A stretch of DNA of 64,000 nucleotides, taken from the NCBI GenBank assembly GCA_051294375.1, contig CM119264.1, positions 11,968,263 through 12,032,262 of the forward strand. Reading direction: 5' to 3'. The notes beneath the pieces were generated by a model. It saw only the letters and a list, made by a program, of their open reading frames with translations. It ran no database searches and was not told where the DNA came from. This stretch comes from Paraspadella gotoi. Its lineage: Eukaryota; Animalia; Chaetognatha. Positions 34,971 to 47,701 of the stretch are shown in pieces; the first letter of the stretch is position 1; every line of letters begins with the position of its first letter. The translations under genes and the position numbers were made by a program.

Positions 34971-36960
34971 TTTCATAATATCATCATTTTTTACTTATTT
35001 ATATTTTAAAGTAGGGCCAATTCCGAATAAATTTTGGTCATCAAAGCGTCTACAAATTTATCTATTTGAGAACCTTGTTTTCTTTTTTTTTTTATTATTC
35101 TAAATAGGAAATGGTTCAAAATCGTTTCAAAATTCGGGGACGTTCGCGGCTTGAGATCCGACCGCGGTTCTCTGGAGATACTTATTTGCTGTCGAAAGCT
35201 GATCGATCGTCCGATGTCGACAAGGCAGCATCACTCCTCATCTCCTCACGTAAGACCTCGCCTCAGATTGAAGACAGAAAGAGGATACACTTACTTGCCT
35301 CATCTCAGAACGCAATCACAGAGAGTCAAGTCCGTCCGTAAATAAATCATGGGAGTTTTCTTTTAAACGATTTTTGTGGATCTTGACTCTAACTATCGCG
35401 GCGCGATTCGTTTTGAGAGGCGGGAAAGAATTTGATAGGAATCGGAGTTTAAAACGATATTAAAATACTAATTTGACGGGTCAAAAATTTTGATATTTAA
35501 TGCTTCCTGTATTTTATATCTAAGACATGGAATTTGTACTGTTTAGCACCGTGATATTTTTATCGTCTTAAACGCAAATATTAATTTACTGCAATATGTA
35601 AATGAGATTTTAGTGGCGTCTGTTACCTATTTAACACGTTTCGGAGTCAAGAGTCGAGATAATGTCAGAATAAGACAATGAATCAGAATCATGCAAAGAG
35701 TTCATATCATGCCATATTTCGGAATCACATCGCTCTATATTGAGTTAGTCGAAATCCTTTCATTGTGGCGTTCAAATGCGATTTTTTTTTTTTTTAGTTT
35801 AAAATTATTGCATATTTACAGAATTCAGAATAAAATCAAAACTTTTTGTTTTTCTCGTATACTAATCGAATCAGTAATTCAGGGTTGGCATCGCGTAGCA
35901 TTTTTTTTATGCTAATTAAGCAAATTAAACCTAAGAAAATTAAACCAGGTCGCAAATGGCAAACCGAGAAGTGAACCAAGTGACGCGTTGAAACGCGTCG
36001 GGTAAAACCGCGACCCCTGGTGGCCCCGTTGTTGTTGTCTCTCGGTCCAACGCTCTGATGCGCTTTAACGTCCGCGCCACTTCCGGTCAGAGGGACGCAC
36101 CCTTCGGTCACACAACAAAATAGGCAAATCACCATTTCGGGGTCAAACTCCGTGCCCATAGTGGATAGCCTTCACCGGGAATTCGGCCCGAATTCGGGAG
36201 ATTTAAGTTGTCATTTAGATCTAAGAAGAAAACTTTCGTTTTAAATGTCAACCCTCAGAAAGTTAAAAAGTTATAAAAGGGGTCCATTAAGAAAAACTAT
36301 TGAGTATTCACTATTCAGTTACGCCGAGAAAAACTAAAGTTGATCTTGGTTGGTAATAACCAGTCGAGACCAACTTAGGCTAATAGTCGGTTTATCTTCT
36401 CTCTCGATCGGCGTCGCCACCTGATCCACTGATTGACCACTTGTTTTTCTTTTTCCTTTTTTTCTAACACAAAGCGTTGGAATAAATCAGTTCCCTTCCA
36501 ATCTAACTTCTTATCCTTTTTCTATTGTCTGGTACCAAAAATCAATAACTCATTTCTGCGAAATTTCCCTTGTCCCTTATCCTTTATCCTTTTCCCTTCC
36601 CCTTTTTCCATTAAACCGCGTCCGACGCCACATCGGACTAAACCTTACTCGCCCTTACTTACCCTGCTCCCGGTCCGACGCCAAAAATAACCCACGTTGT
36701 CGGCTTACCCCCTTTCTTTTTCTCGGGTAAAGGAAGTAAAAAATACCTAAATTTGCCGCCCCATAAGCGTTTGCCGCACCATGGGCGCGGAAAGCACCGA
36801 TGGAGACGAGTGTAGCGTAAGATACGGCGACGGCCATGCGAGAGAAAGCCAAAAGGGTGATGTGTTTTAAGCATATTTTATATAATAATACTATTAATAC
36901 TAATAATACGATGATTATGGGGTTTTTTGGGCTAACTTTTGTCTAATACGTCCGACATTT

Positions 36961-37023
36961 TACGACACTGTACGACACTGTACGATACTGTACGATACTG
37001 TACGATACTGTACGACACTGTAC
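36961..37023. repeat. 10-bp minisatellite (TACGA[C/T]ACTG) x6
   Basis: Directly visible tandem copies. Confidence 0.95.
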
Positions 37024-37451
37024 AGTCTTAACGGCGGTCATATTTGTCTTTTAATCATTATTTTTGCCACGAAATCATAATATCCTAATGTGATTTTCGT
37101 TTCCAAAAGTCTAAATTCGGATTAAGGATCGATGTGAGGTCCTACCACGTGATTCCATATCGATCTTCCACGAGATGATTTGATTCACCGCCGCCCATAA
37201 TTACGTTATGGTCTCCTCGAGAAAAAAAAAAGTTGATTTGTGTCTTCCCATTTTCTCGTCGCGCGAAAGCCAAAGCCAAAACCCGAACCCTTTTCAAAAC
37301 CGAGTCGTCTTTTTCTCCTAACGAGGTCAACGTCGAAAGGCCTTTCCCTCCTTTTTTCCCCTCCATTTTCCATTTTTCCCCTTTTTTTTCCCCTGTTCTT
37401 TCTCTTTCTCTCTTCTTCTCCGTCTCTCTTCTCTCTCTATCTCTCTCTCTC

Positions 37452-37493
<42 letters not shown>

Positions 37494-37506
37494 CTCTCTC
37501 TTTCTC

Positions 37507-37550
<44 letters not shown>

Positions 37551-38945
37551 CTCGTCTCTACTCTCCTCTCTCATCTCTCTCCCCTTCTTTTCTCTCTCGT
37601 CTTTCTCTCTCATTGTGGCCAATACTGGCCTTATTTTAATAGTCTTTCTTTACAACATGGCAATTGTGATTCCTTATTCTTTGTCTTTTTTCACTCTTCT
37701 TTTACCGCATTTTTTTTCTCTTCAACTCCTCAAATTTCTTGCTTCGTTTCTCAAATTTTCATTCAGCAAATTCATTTTCCCTTTTTTTTTCTCGGTTTTT
37801 TTCTTTTCTTTTTTCTTTTCTTTTTTCTCTCCTTCACTCAGATTCTTTTCCCGAGAACCTAAACCAAATTCACATTTTTTAAATCTTAAACGTTTAAAAC
37901 CAATGTTTAAAACTAAAAGGTAAAATTGTTTCTTGTTAGTAATATACATTTTTCTTTAGTTGTTATAACTATTTACTTTTTACTATATAACTAACTATTT
38001 ACAAAAATGTCATTTCAAAAAAGTCTTTTTTTTTCTTAAATTAACCATGACAGTCTATCTAAATAAATTAAAAACGAATTACAGTCTTCTACCAGCCGTT
38101 CATACGTATTAAAATAAAAATGAATATATGTAATAGCTGTTATAAGAGGACCGAGGACATTTATTAATGTTTCGCTACTAGACTGAATAAGACTCGTCGC
38201 TCCATCTCTATCTGTCTCCGAACTCCTCCCCTCCAGTCAGCAGCGAGAAGAAAAAAAAATCCATAATTGAATCCGCGATGAATTAAATCTCATTAAAAGA
38301 ACAATAAATCTAGACGCGCGGAGAGGCGCCCGTGACAAGCCGCCGTAGATGAAGCGGGTGTATGGGCGGACGGATGGGTGCGAGAGGCGTTGGTGAGCGT
38401 CCGGGTCACGGGTTCGCTCCGTCGCTTCAACTGTTCAGAAAGAACAGAGAAAGAGACTGAGCTATTGAAAACAAAATTGGACGCAATTTAAACTTGATGC
38501 GCGTTTTTTTAAAGCGGAAAGCTCGTCGAAAATTTCAACGCAATTTGAAGTCTTGGACGTTGCCCAAAGTGCTCCGGTTAATGCTAGACCTGACGTCGAC
38601 GGGTATAATTGACGACGCAAAAAAAACAACGACAACAACAACTTCAACTCATCTTCGTCGACGGCGATCGGTCGATGGAAATAACTAAAGAATTAAAAGG
38701 GAAAAAAAAGAGAGTTTATAAAGAACACGTCTGGGAAATGATGAATATAAACGATGAGCTTCGGTTGAATGGAGCGAAATAAAGCTAAGACTCGTAGTAC
38801 GAGGATAAAGATTAAAAAAGAAAAAAGTGTTGCTTTTTTGTTTGTATCTATTCTTTTTTTTTATTCTGTTGTAGACAGTTTTATTTTATGCTCGATAACT
38901 GCGTCTTGAGTTGACGTTCGTTCCGCGCGTTTAATATTGAATCTT

Positions 38946-39035
<90 letters not shown>

Positions 39036-39275
39036 CTCTCTCTCCCTCCTCTCTGTCTTCCTTCGACATTATAAATGCAAGATTCTTGTCTTTATTCAAG
39101 CGTATGATGGCAGTATAAAAATCTAGGGAGGAGATTTTTCATGATTTTATGATTCCGACTTTAATAAAAATACAATTTCTTTCTCGCGGAGAAAGCAGAG
39201 TTTTGATCTGAAAGGGCGCGACCTTGAAGTCTTTCTCATCCGCTCTCTCGCGATATCATCGAAGCGAAGATGAGA

Positions 39276-39342
<67 letters not shown>

Positions 39343-39484
39343 GTGTAGCGTCGTAAAAGAAAGCACGTGTTTTTGCATTGCCCAGTCAAATTTAACTTAC
39401 TTTTCTAAGAAGAAACTGTGGAGAACTTTCCTTCTCTCTACTTTTTCTTTTCTCTACACTCTATTCTCTCCTCTCTCTACTCTC

Positions 39485-39516
<32 letters not shown>

Positions 39517-41615
39517 ATCTCTCTCTTCTTTTATAGCTTCCAAACTTACTCAATTTTTCTTTCTTTGGCCTCAATTCATCCTTGAAATCCGGAATTGCAT
39601 AGCGAGGTTAATATTTATTTATTCATTAAAAATACTGCAGGTGTTATTCATTCCTCTTTTTCTCTTAAGTTTTACCAAATAATATTTTTTATAAACAGTT
39701 AGCCAGATACATTTGAATATTTAAATAAAAATATCGTCCATTTTGAAAAAAAGGGTAAAAAAAGTCATTAATTTACTCTTGAGCTCTGCACAAGACAAAA
39801 AATTCTACAGAAACAAATTTTGCGAATATGAAAACGCCATTTTAAGCTTTGAAGGACAGAGAGAGAGAGAGGGAAAGACCAGAGGAGAGACGAGAACGAG
39901 AAAGAGAGAGGAGAGAGAGCAGCAGAGAGAGAGATGAGAAGACGAAGCACGGAGAGGAGAGGAGAGAGACGAGAGCAAGGAGGGCGAGAGAGACGAGATC
40001 CGCAGAGAGGAGAGCCTAAGGTGGATGAGAGCATCGACTGGAGAGACGAACGCAAGAAGAGCGCAAAAATAGCTTGAAAGACGAAAAGAAAATACTGAAA
40101 GGAGGCGAATAGAAACGGCCCGCACCTATCGTCCGAGAAGGAGAGGAGAGAGATTGACGAGCAGAGAAGAGAAGAGCAGAGAGAAAAGATGCAGAATGCC
40201 GTGACAGCGAACGACGAGATTGGCGAAGAGAGAGACTAGGACTGACCGAGAGCAGGAGAGAGCAGGCAGAGACGAAACGCGACGCAGCAGCGACGAGCAA
40301 GATGACGGAGACGAGAAGAGGAAATATTAATTTCCCGCCAAAACCATTCAAGGCTAAAAGGGGGAAAAATCTTTCTTTTCCCGAAGTCGATGGAGTTTTT
40401 TCGCGTCGGACGTTGACGAATCATTCCAATCGGATTGGCAGTATATTTGGCGTCGGTGCCGGAGTGGCGGAGTAGCGCAATGGCGTAGTCGGTTGGGGTG
40501 ACGGGGCGGAGTGGCAAAGGGATTAGGTGACGGTATACCGGTATACGTATTGCATTGACTAGCAGTCTAGAGAGCACAAACTGAGAAACGAATGGACAAA
40601 GAATTATAGAAAGATAGCGTGGGTGAAAATCTGATACAATCATTTTTTTATGAAAACGGCTCATGTTTGCTTCAGATAGCTGCTTCAACTGCATCAAGCG
40701 CTCAGTCTAGCGGTTTTTTCGCCTCTTGATGCAACGTGTCGTTTTTAAGCGATCGAAACCCACAAATTTAACCATTTCTTTTATTTTTTTGTTTCTCCTA
40801 CCTCAATCCCAACCTCCCTTTCCTTACTCGACCTCTCTCACGCCACATAACTCACCCTCCCCCCGCAACCTCACCCCCCGTTCCTGCCCTTCCATCGACG
40901 GGTCTTTAGAGTCGCATCGCCTTCCACCCGCGCGAGAAAAAGAGAATTCAGTTCTCGTTCTTCGATAGCGGTTGACTTTAGCGTTCGCTATATCTTGTTT
41001 TTTTTTAATTAAGTTTTTAATCAAAGCCCAGAATAAAATAATCGTTTTAGGCCATAAATAAGATTCCTTATTCCTTATCAAGTCTAAGGCAAAGCTCCAC
41101 CTTAATTTTTTTTTATTATTACCTATAGACAATTCGCATAAATCTGAGCAGCCGCTGGTTGTCTTCTTATTCGAAGAGTGAGGGAGTGAAGAAAGGGCGG
41201 AATAAAAAGAAAACTAAAAAAAGAAACTGAAAAAAAAAAAATTCGTTTTTTCTTCTGCTTCATCTTTAATCATGTTGCTTCGCTTTTTAACTCTCAGATA
41301 TTCGACTTTATATAAGCGTTTTTTTCTCCTCCCCTTCGACCTCCCTTTTCTCACCGACTTTTTTATGACTGAGACCCCGACTGTGAAGCGGGACTGTGAG
41401 GATGACTGTCGAAAGCAACTAAGAGAAATCTGTTTTTTAAAAAATGATGAATAAAAGGATAAAAAGGATAAAAAGTCGTGAAATTCCTTGTTGAGTAATT
41501 CGAGACTAATGACTCGAACAACAATTTTTCTATAATTTTTTTTTACGTATTTGTCAGCGCAGAAACTAGCATTACAGACGCTCGCTCTCTTTCTCTGTCC
41601 CCCTACCTCACTATG

Positions 41616-41715
<100 letters not shown>

Positions 41716-43269
41716 CCATAAACTCCTTGTTTTTCCTGGTTTATGCGTGTCCTTCGTTCTGGCGTTCGCATTTACGCTCCGTCGTCGAGCTCAACTCGCT
41801 CTGTTTTTCCTTCTTTTTTTCAAAATACAAATTTTTTTGCATAGGAGAAAATTTTTTTTGTTTTTAGCTACGAGACAAGCTTTAAAATATATTATTCAAC
41901 GACTAAAATAACAACCCTACTTAAACTCCGCTGCCAGCGATATCTCCCTGAAAGGTTTCACAGTGACCAGATTATCGATTTTTTTTTTCGAGTTTCTACT
42001 TAGTCGTCCCACAACTCACCTCATCCATGAGCTTTTTGCCCCAAATCACTCGTTAAGCCCCATTTCTGATCCTCGTTTACTTTCACACTTTCATACTTTC
42101 ACCCACACACATTGCCTCTTCTTTACTTAATAATCTTCCGGCTAAACCAAAGCATGTCTTCGACGACGGCGACGACAACGATGACGACAAGAACGGCAAC
42201 GAGGATGACAACAACGACAACGACCTTCTCCAACATCCTCGAGCAAAAACCGCATTAAAACGTAAATTCGCTTCTCGAGAATTTTCTTTTTTTCTAAATT
42301 AAAAAATAAAAACCTTCTTCAAGTTTTAACTATAAGGTTTATTGTTGGTTAACAAAAAATATATCGCGAGAAAAAAGTGCCATCAGGCTCAAAGCTTTCC
42401 GAGTTCCCACTTCTCATTCCCCGACATGTCAGTAAGCAATGTTGCTATTAAATTCTTAAATCTTAATGAACAAATAATCTTTTTCAACCGATTTAAATAC
42501 CAACCTTCCTTTGGCATTGGGCGTGGGCTTGGGCTTGGGCTTGGGCATTTTAATTTTTTTCTTTCATGTACCACCCTCAACTCGTTCCATCATTCACAAT
42601 TTCCATTCTAAATCCAATCTCCCTCATTCCTAAATCAAATTCTCCTCGCTAGCAAACCCACTTCCTTTTTCTTTCTCCTTTCTCACTCCCACTTCGTCCA
42701 TATTCCTCTTCCTCCCACGCTCCAACGCCGCTGTTCCTTTACAACTTCAATCTGTCCGATCTTTTTTTTTTTTTTCCTTTTCCCGATTATTCTACGTCAT
42801 TACTCGCGTTCGAATTCCGCTTCCACGCCCACCGACCGCCGTTTCAATCGACCGTCGGCGACCTAAATCTTGATATGTTTAGACCCACGCCGTCCTACTT
42901 CGTTCTGTAGTTTTCAACATGCCCTACCACGTTTCGATATGGTCATGGGAAACGGTTTTCGGCCATATGTCGACATTGAAATGATAAAGCGAAAAACTTT
43001 TTCCTTTAGTAGGTTTCCTATAGATATAGTTATTGATAATTAACTATATTCCTAATTAAAATATATTAAGATGTATCTAAATGTAATTTCCCTCTCCCCA
43101 TGTTTTTAAAAACTGCATGATGTAAAATGTAAATAAAATCTTTTTTATAAAATTTGTTTATAAAATACATAACAAGCTAACAACACATAACAACACATAA
43201 TCACCAAATTTCAATCCTTAAATTAGGCTTGTTAACCAGTCTTAATAAAAGCACCGAAAATAAATAAGT

Positions 43270-44614
43270 TTACAAATCCAAAAATGCTTTCAGTTTTTGC
43301 TCGAAGTTGATGTCGGCCCAAGGCGAGCGGTCGTGGACTTGCCAGTCGTTGACGAGGCGTTGGGCGCAGTGACCCGGGGAAGAGACGTTGAAACGATCGA
43401 AGAGGCGAGTCTGTCTATCGAAGGGCACCAACTGATCGAGGACGCTCGAGTACATGAGGAGGCAAGACCCGTTGGCTGCGAGGCTTTCCAGCGCCGGTCG
43501 AGTGTCCATGAAGGAACGGAAGAATAGCGGCGCTGGAACCCGAGATGGTTGGGGTTAAGATGGAATTAAAACTTACGTAATATAAATGTTTGGGGAATTT
43601 CGTTAGATGTACCAATGGCCATTCCCGTCATCCTGCACGCGTCGGACGCAACCTCCTCCAGATCATCCATGGGATTGTGGAGGATCAGCTTGCGAGATCC
43701 GGCCTCGGCGGCGCCGAGGGCCGAGATGGCGCCGCCCATGGAATGGCCCCAGATGAGGACGTCGCTTCGCCGTTTCTTGGAGGCGTCGGCGACGAAGTCG
43801 AGCAAGAGGGAAAAGGAGGAGAGGATCGTCGAAGGATCGTTCGATCCTTCGCTGGCGCCGAAACCTGATGAGGATGTGGATCGATTAATGAAAGGAAAGT
43901 TTAACAACATTCGCTCGTTAATAATAAATTGACCTGGCAAATCCCATCCGTACACGTCCATCCCGTGTTGCGCGATTAAAGTCAAGTTGCCCAGTTCTTC
44001 CATGAGCGTGTCTTCAGAGAGACGACATGGCATACAATTTTAATTTAATTCTATGTGCATAGCAATGAATTAATTATAACTTGTTAAGTCTATACAAATT
44101 TTATAAATTTACCTCCTCTTCCATAAGTGTAAAAGACGGTGATGTTTCGATGACTCAAAAATCCATCTGGTTTTTTGTTGACTTTTAAAACTGCCAATGT
44201 GGTCGAATCAGTCTTAATTCTGTATGCTTCCGTCTAAAGAAAGTTAAGGTAGAAAAAGACCCAAGTAAAATATAATTCACATCATTTTCTTTAGCGATCC
44301 AAATATCCTTTCGAAAAGATCACGGTACCGCCAGCCGCTCTCACCCTAAAATCTCCGATGTTATCGTTGACCTTTGGGGAGCAGATGATCTCCGGCGGCC
44401 CCAACAACATGTCCTGGATGATGACTGGCAACACGCCCATCAATATCAACAACAGCAGTATGTAGGCCAAGAGCGGCGCCGCCAATATCGACAAGGCCAA
44501 AACGAGGATTTGAAGTTTCGACGCCGCTTTTTGTGGATGACTCCGTCGATGTCGTCGCCAACAAATGAAAATCGCGACGAAGAAAATCGTGCAAATGATG
44601 AGGAAAAGGATCAT
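43270..44614 (-). CDS. Membrane-anchored alpha/beta-fold serine hydrolase, ABHD12/ABHD13-like (~327 aa). Exons 44614-44345, 44233-44113, 44011-43934, 43864-43613, 43532-43270
   Basis: Hand-spliced GT-AG model gives a continuous 984-nt frame. It contains two N-terminal hydrophobic segments, TVFYTYGRG (HG-equivalent), DVYGWDLPG|FGASEG (DxxGxGxS motif restored by removing a 69-nt intron), nucleophile elbow VLIWGHSMGGA, candidate acid SSVLDQLVP and candidate His WQVHDRS. The start codon could lie in a further upstream exon. Confidence 0.85.
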
Positions 44615-47485
44615 CTCGGCCAGGATGGTGCACGGGTGGTAGAGGGGAGCCTCGGCGATCCATTGCTGCCAGAAATTGTTTTGTTTTTCGTATTAATAAC
44701 GAAAATAATTCCTTTTACGCAACAATTCGCATTAGACACTTGACAGAAAAAAAAATTAACAAAAAAAGATTTTAACCTTAGGGGAACTTTCTTGTTCCAG
44801 CGCGACGGTGGGGATCGGTGCACAGTTTTTGTCGAAGACGCGCCAAATGTCAAGAACCTCTTTTTCCATTTTCTTGCTGGATGTATGTAATTATTTATTT
44901 ATTTAATTAGATTGTAAAGTTAGATTATCTGGATAATTGTGATTGGTTATCGTCAAAAAAGTCGTAGAAATCTTTTTTTGAAAAAAGATTCTTTTTTTTT
45001 TTCAAATTAAAGACGAACGTATTTATTTTCAAAGGCGGGAAAAATGAAGAATTTCGTCACTATTATGTTCTTTCGTAACCAATACTGCTTGATTATGAGG
45101 GTTAAATTTCTATCTCCATTCTGAAACTAATTTGCTTAATCAGGAAATAAAATTGCAAAATTTTAAGAGAAGACAGAGACAGCGTAATATTTAAAGACTC
45201 GGAACCCGATTTTTCCTTTAAAACACAGTTTATTTTTTTCCTTTTTTATCCCGCATATCGAATACTTAATTGTTTTCTGGGACGGTTAATTCTTTTCAAT
45301 AACAATTATTACGTCGTGAAGGAGAAATATACCGAAAATAAAAAATAAATATTGTTTATTTCATATCTCAAAACACAAGCGAAATATTTTTGGTCTAGTT
45401 TTTGTAAACTCGTGAGGTTCGAAAATGAAGATAAATTATCAAATTATTTATTCAATTGCAGGATGAACCGGATTTCAAAGTTAAAAAACGTTTAAAATAG
45501 TCCAATGATTGTTTTTAAATGGTTTTTAACTGGAGAACGAGAAAGAAAATAATGCTGGTATCTCCCCAATTATTAGAATTACGAGACCCGAAAATAGCTG
45601 TTGATTCATCTATTTGAATCAGTTATTTTTTTTTCCTCAACATCCGATTGTTGACAGTGAAGACTGTCTGGTGTGACCTGAATCTTTCTCTCTCTATCTC
45701 TCTCTCCTCTCACTCTCTCTCCCCACCTGCATTCGTTCTAATTATTAGCACGTTTCTCCTTTCTGGTCGTCCTAACCTAACTGTCAAATTTATCCCCAGT
45801 GCCCAACCAATTCCAAGCTCCCTTCCCATTCTCCTCGCCAGATCGCTTAAGCTACACCCGATCGCGCGGAAATTGCTTCTCCGCTCCACTGCGACCGCTT
45901 TGCCCCTTCGCTCAATTGCTTTGCTCTATCGCTGCACTGCGCTACTTTAATCGATTGCTTTGTTTTGTTGCTCCTTTGTGTCGCTTTACTCCATTGCTTC
46001 ATCGATATCGTTTCACCAATCCATCACACTGCTTTAGCCTATTCTATCATTAATCCATTGCTTTACTTTTTTTAAATCTTTTCACTTTGTTACAATGTTT
46101 TTGTAGTATAATTTTAGTTTGAATTTATGTAATATAGAGCTTTACTACTAATTCGCTTTGTTTTAGAAATTTTAATTTAGTAACTATCACCATTCACCAC
46201 ATTAAATCCATTGTTAAATCGTTCAATTCAATTCCTTCATTTCTATCCCGCGTATCCGCCCGTCACTCGCCGTTTTTTTCTCAAACTCATCGCCTTCTCG
46301 TTTCTCCCCCCCTCCGACCCCCCCCCCCCGACTTTCCTTCTCCCCCCACCCCATCGCTCCCCCTACTTCATCCGACGTAATCGCATAGAAATTGTTTCGC
46401 CGAAAGAAATTAACATGGAAACGAACTCGAGGTTCATTCAGACTCGGCGCTCGCCGTCTGATTGAAGGCCGCCAGAGAGCGAGGGGTTCCGGCGCCGCTC
46501 GCCGTCGCTGCCGATATATCGAGTAATGCCGATGCCGCCGGATAAATCCGTCGGAGAGAATCGAACGCCGCCGAACGTAAAGACGATGGCGAATGGTCGG
46601 AAAATCGAGAAACAAAGGAAAATATTTTATTCGATTACGTTACATTTAACAACGAAATAGAATCGACCGTCACAATAGCGAACGATACAAGGAAAAGCCC
46701 TTTTGTCCGACCCGTCTGCGCTTTCTTTCGACGAGATGGTTCAAAAGCTCTGGCCAGTTGAAAAAAATAAAAAACAGAATTTACGGATTCCATAAGGGAG
46801 GGAAGAATCTGTGAAAAGGAGGCTGTAACTTGTAGGAATGGAATGAATATGAAAAGGATGGAAAGCGGGAGCGGAAAATGAGAAAAAGGGGAAAATGAAT
46901 ATCATGAGGGAATAAAATGAGTATAAGCAAATGCGTAGAACAAAAAATGACGGATGGAATATAAAGGATTGAATACTGAAGGGAAAAATGAAGTGGATGA
47001 AAATAAGAAATTATAAAAAAAATTGGAGGATAGCGAAATGAAGATTTTTGCAATTGATGTTAACGAAGATGAATCATATGGGAAGGAAGATGATAGAGTA
47101 GAAAAACTATTCTCACGAAAGAAAAAAAATTCTTCTTTCCAAAAAGAAATCCGAGGGAGAAAAAGACAAAAGCCTGGATGACGAGGGTGGGGAAAAAAAA
47201 GGGGGAAATTCATTAGGGAAATTATTTTTTCTTCAAAAATCCTCATTTTCCCTCCTTTTAACTCCAGTATTCGCAGGCGAGAGAGGAATCCGATAATTTT
47301 TTTTTTAATTGCGGATTTTCTTCCCAAGTTTGATCGTTAATTTTGAAGCACGCATTCGAGCTTGTAAGCAGAAAATGATTGTGAAATTTTTGTACTGAAA
47401 TTATTCGTTTTCATAGCGATATCTCAATGTTATCGGTAAACAGTAAACGCGCATATAATAAACTTTTAGCTGGCTAAAGATAACA

Positions 47486-47491
47486 TTTATT
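47486..47491 (-). promoter_or_regulatory. Candidate AATAAA polyadenylation signal of the lamin-like gene
   Basis: tttatt on the + strand about 210 nt downstream of the lamin stop. The region is AT-rich, so chance occurrence is possible. Confidence 0.35.
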
Positions 47492-47701
47492 GATTCGATG
47501 GTAGAGCCAAGTACAAAATTAAAATGTAAATAAAAAATTCGACTTCTCCGTTATCAACGTATATTTGTAAACAAAACAACTAAATCCGGATATACTAATG
47601 ATTCAAGGCATTTTTATATAATCACCAATATAAGATATAAACGAAAAATGTATTAAAAAAAGCCGTTTTTATCCTTCCATTTATCTTTCACATTTGTTTA
47701 T

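Noticed and set aside
36961-37023. Short regular repeats as a CRISPR-like array
   Set aside because: Contiguous 10-bp units without spacers in a eukaryotic context. Ordinary minisatellite.
37233-37923. Long ORFs of 209 and 227 aa rich in Leu/Ser/Phe
   Set aside because: Translations of (CT)n and T-rich tracts, which lack stop codons by composition. The same applies to the many RERERE/SLSLSL ORFs.
39855-40325. Purine-rich stretch with several overlapping ORFs
   Set aside because: Looks like a degenerate or error-laden (GA)n tract. The ORFs are compositional artefacts.
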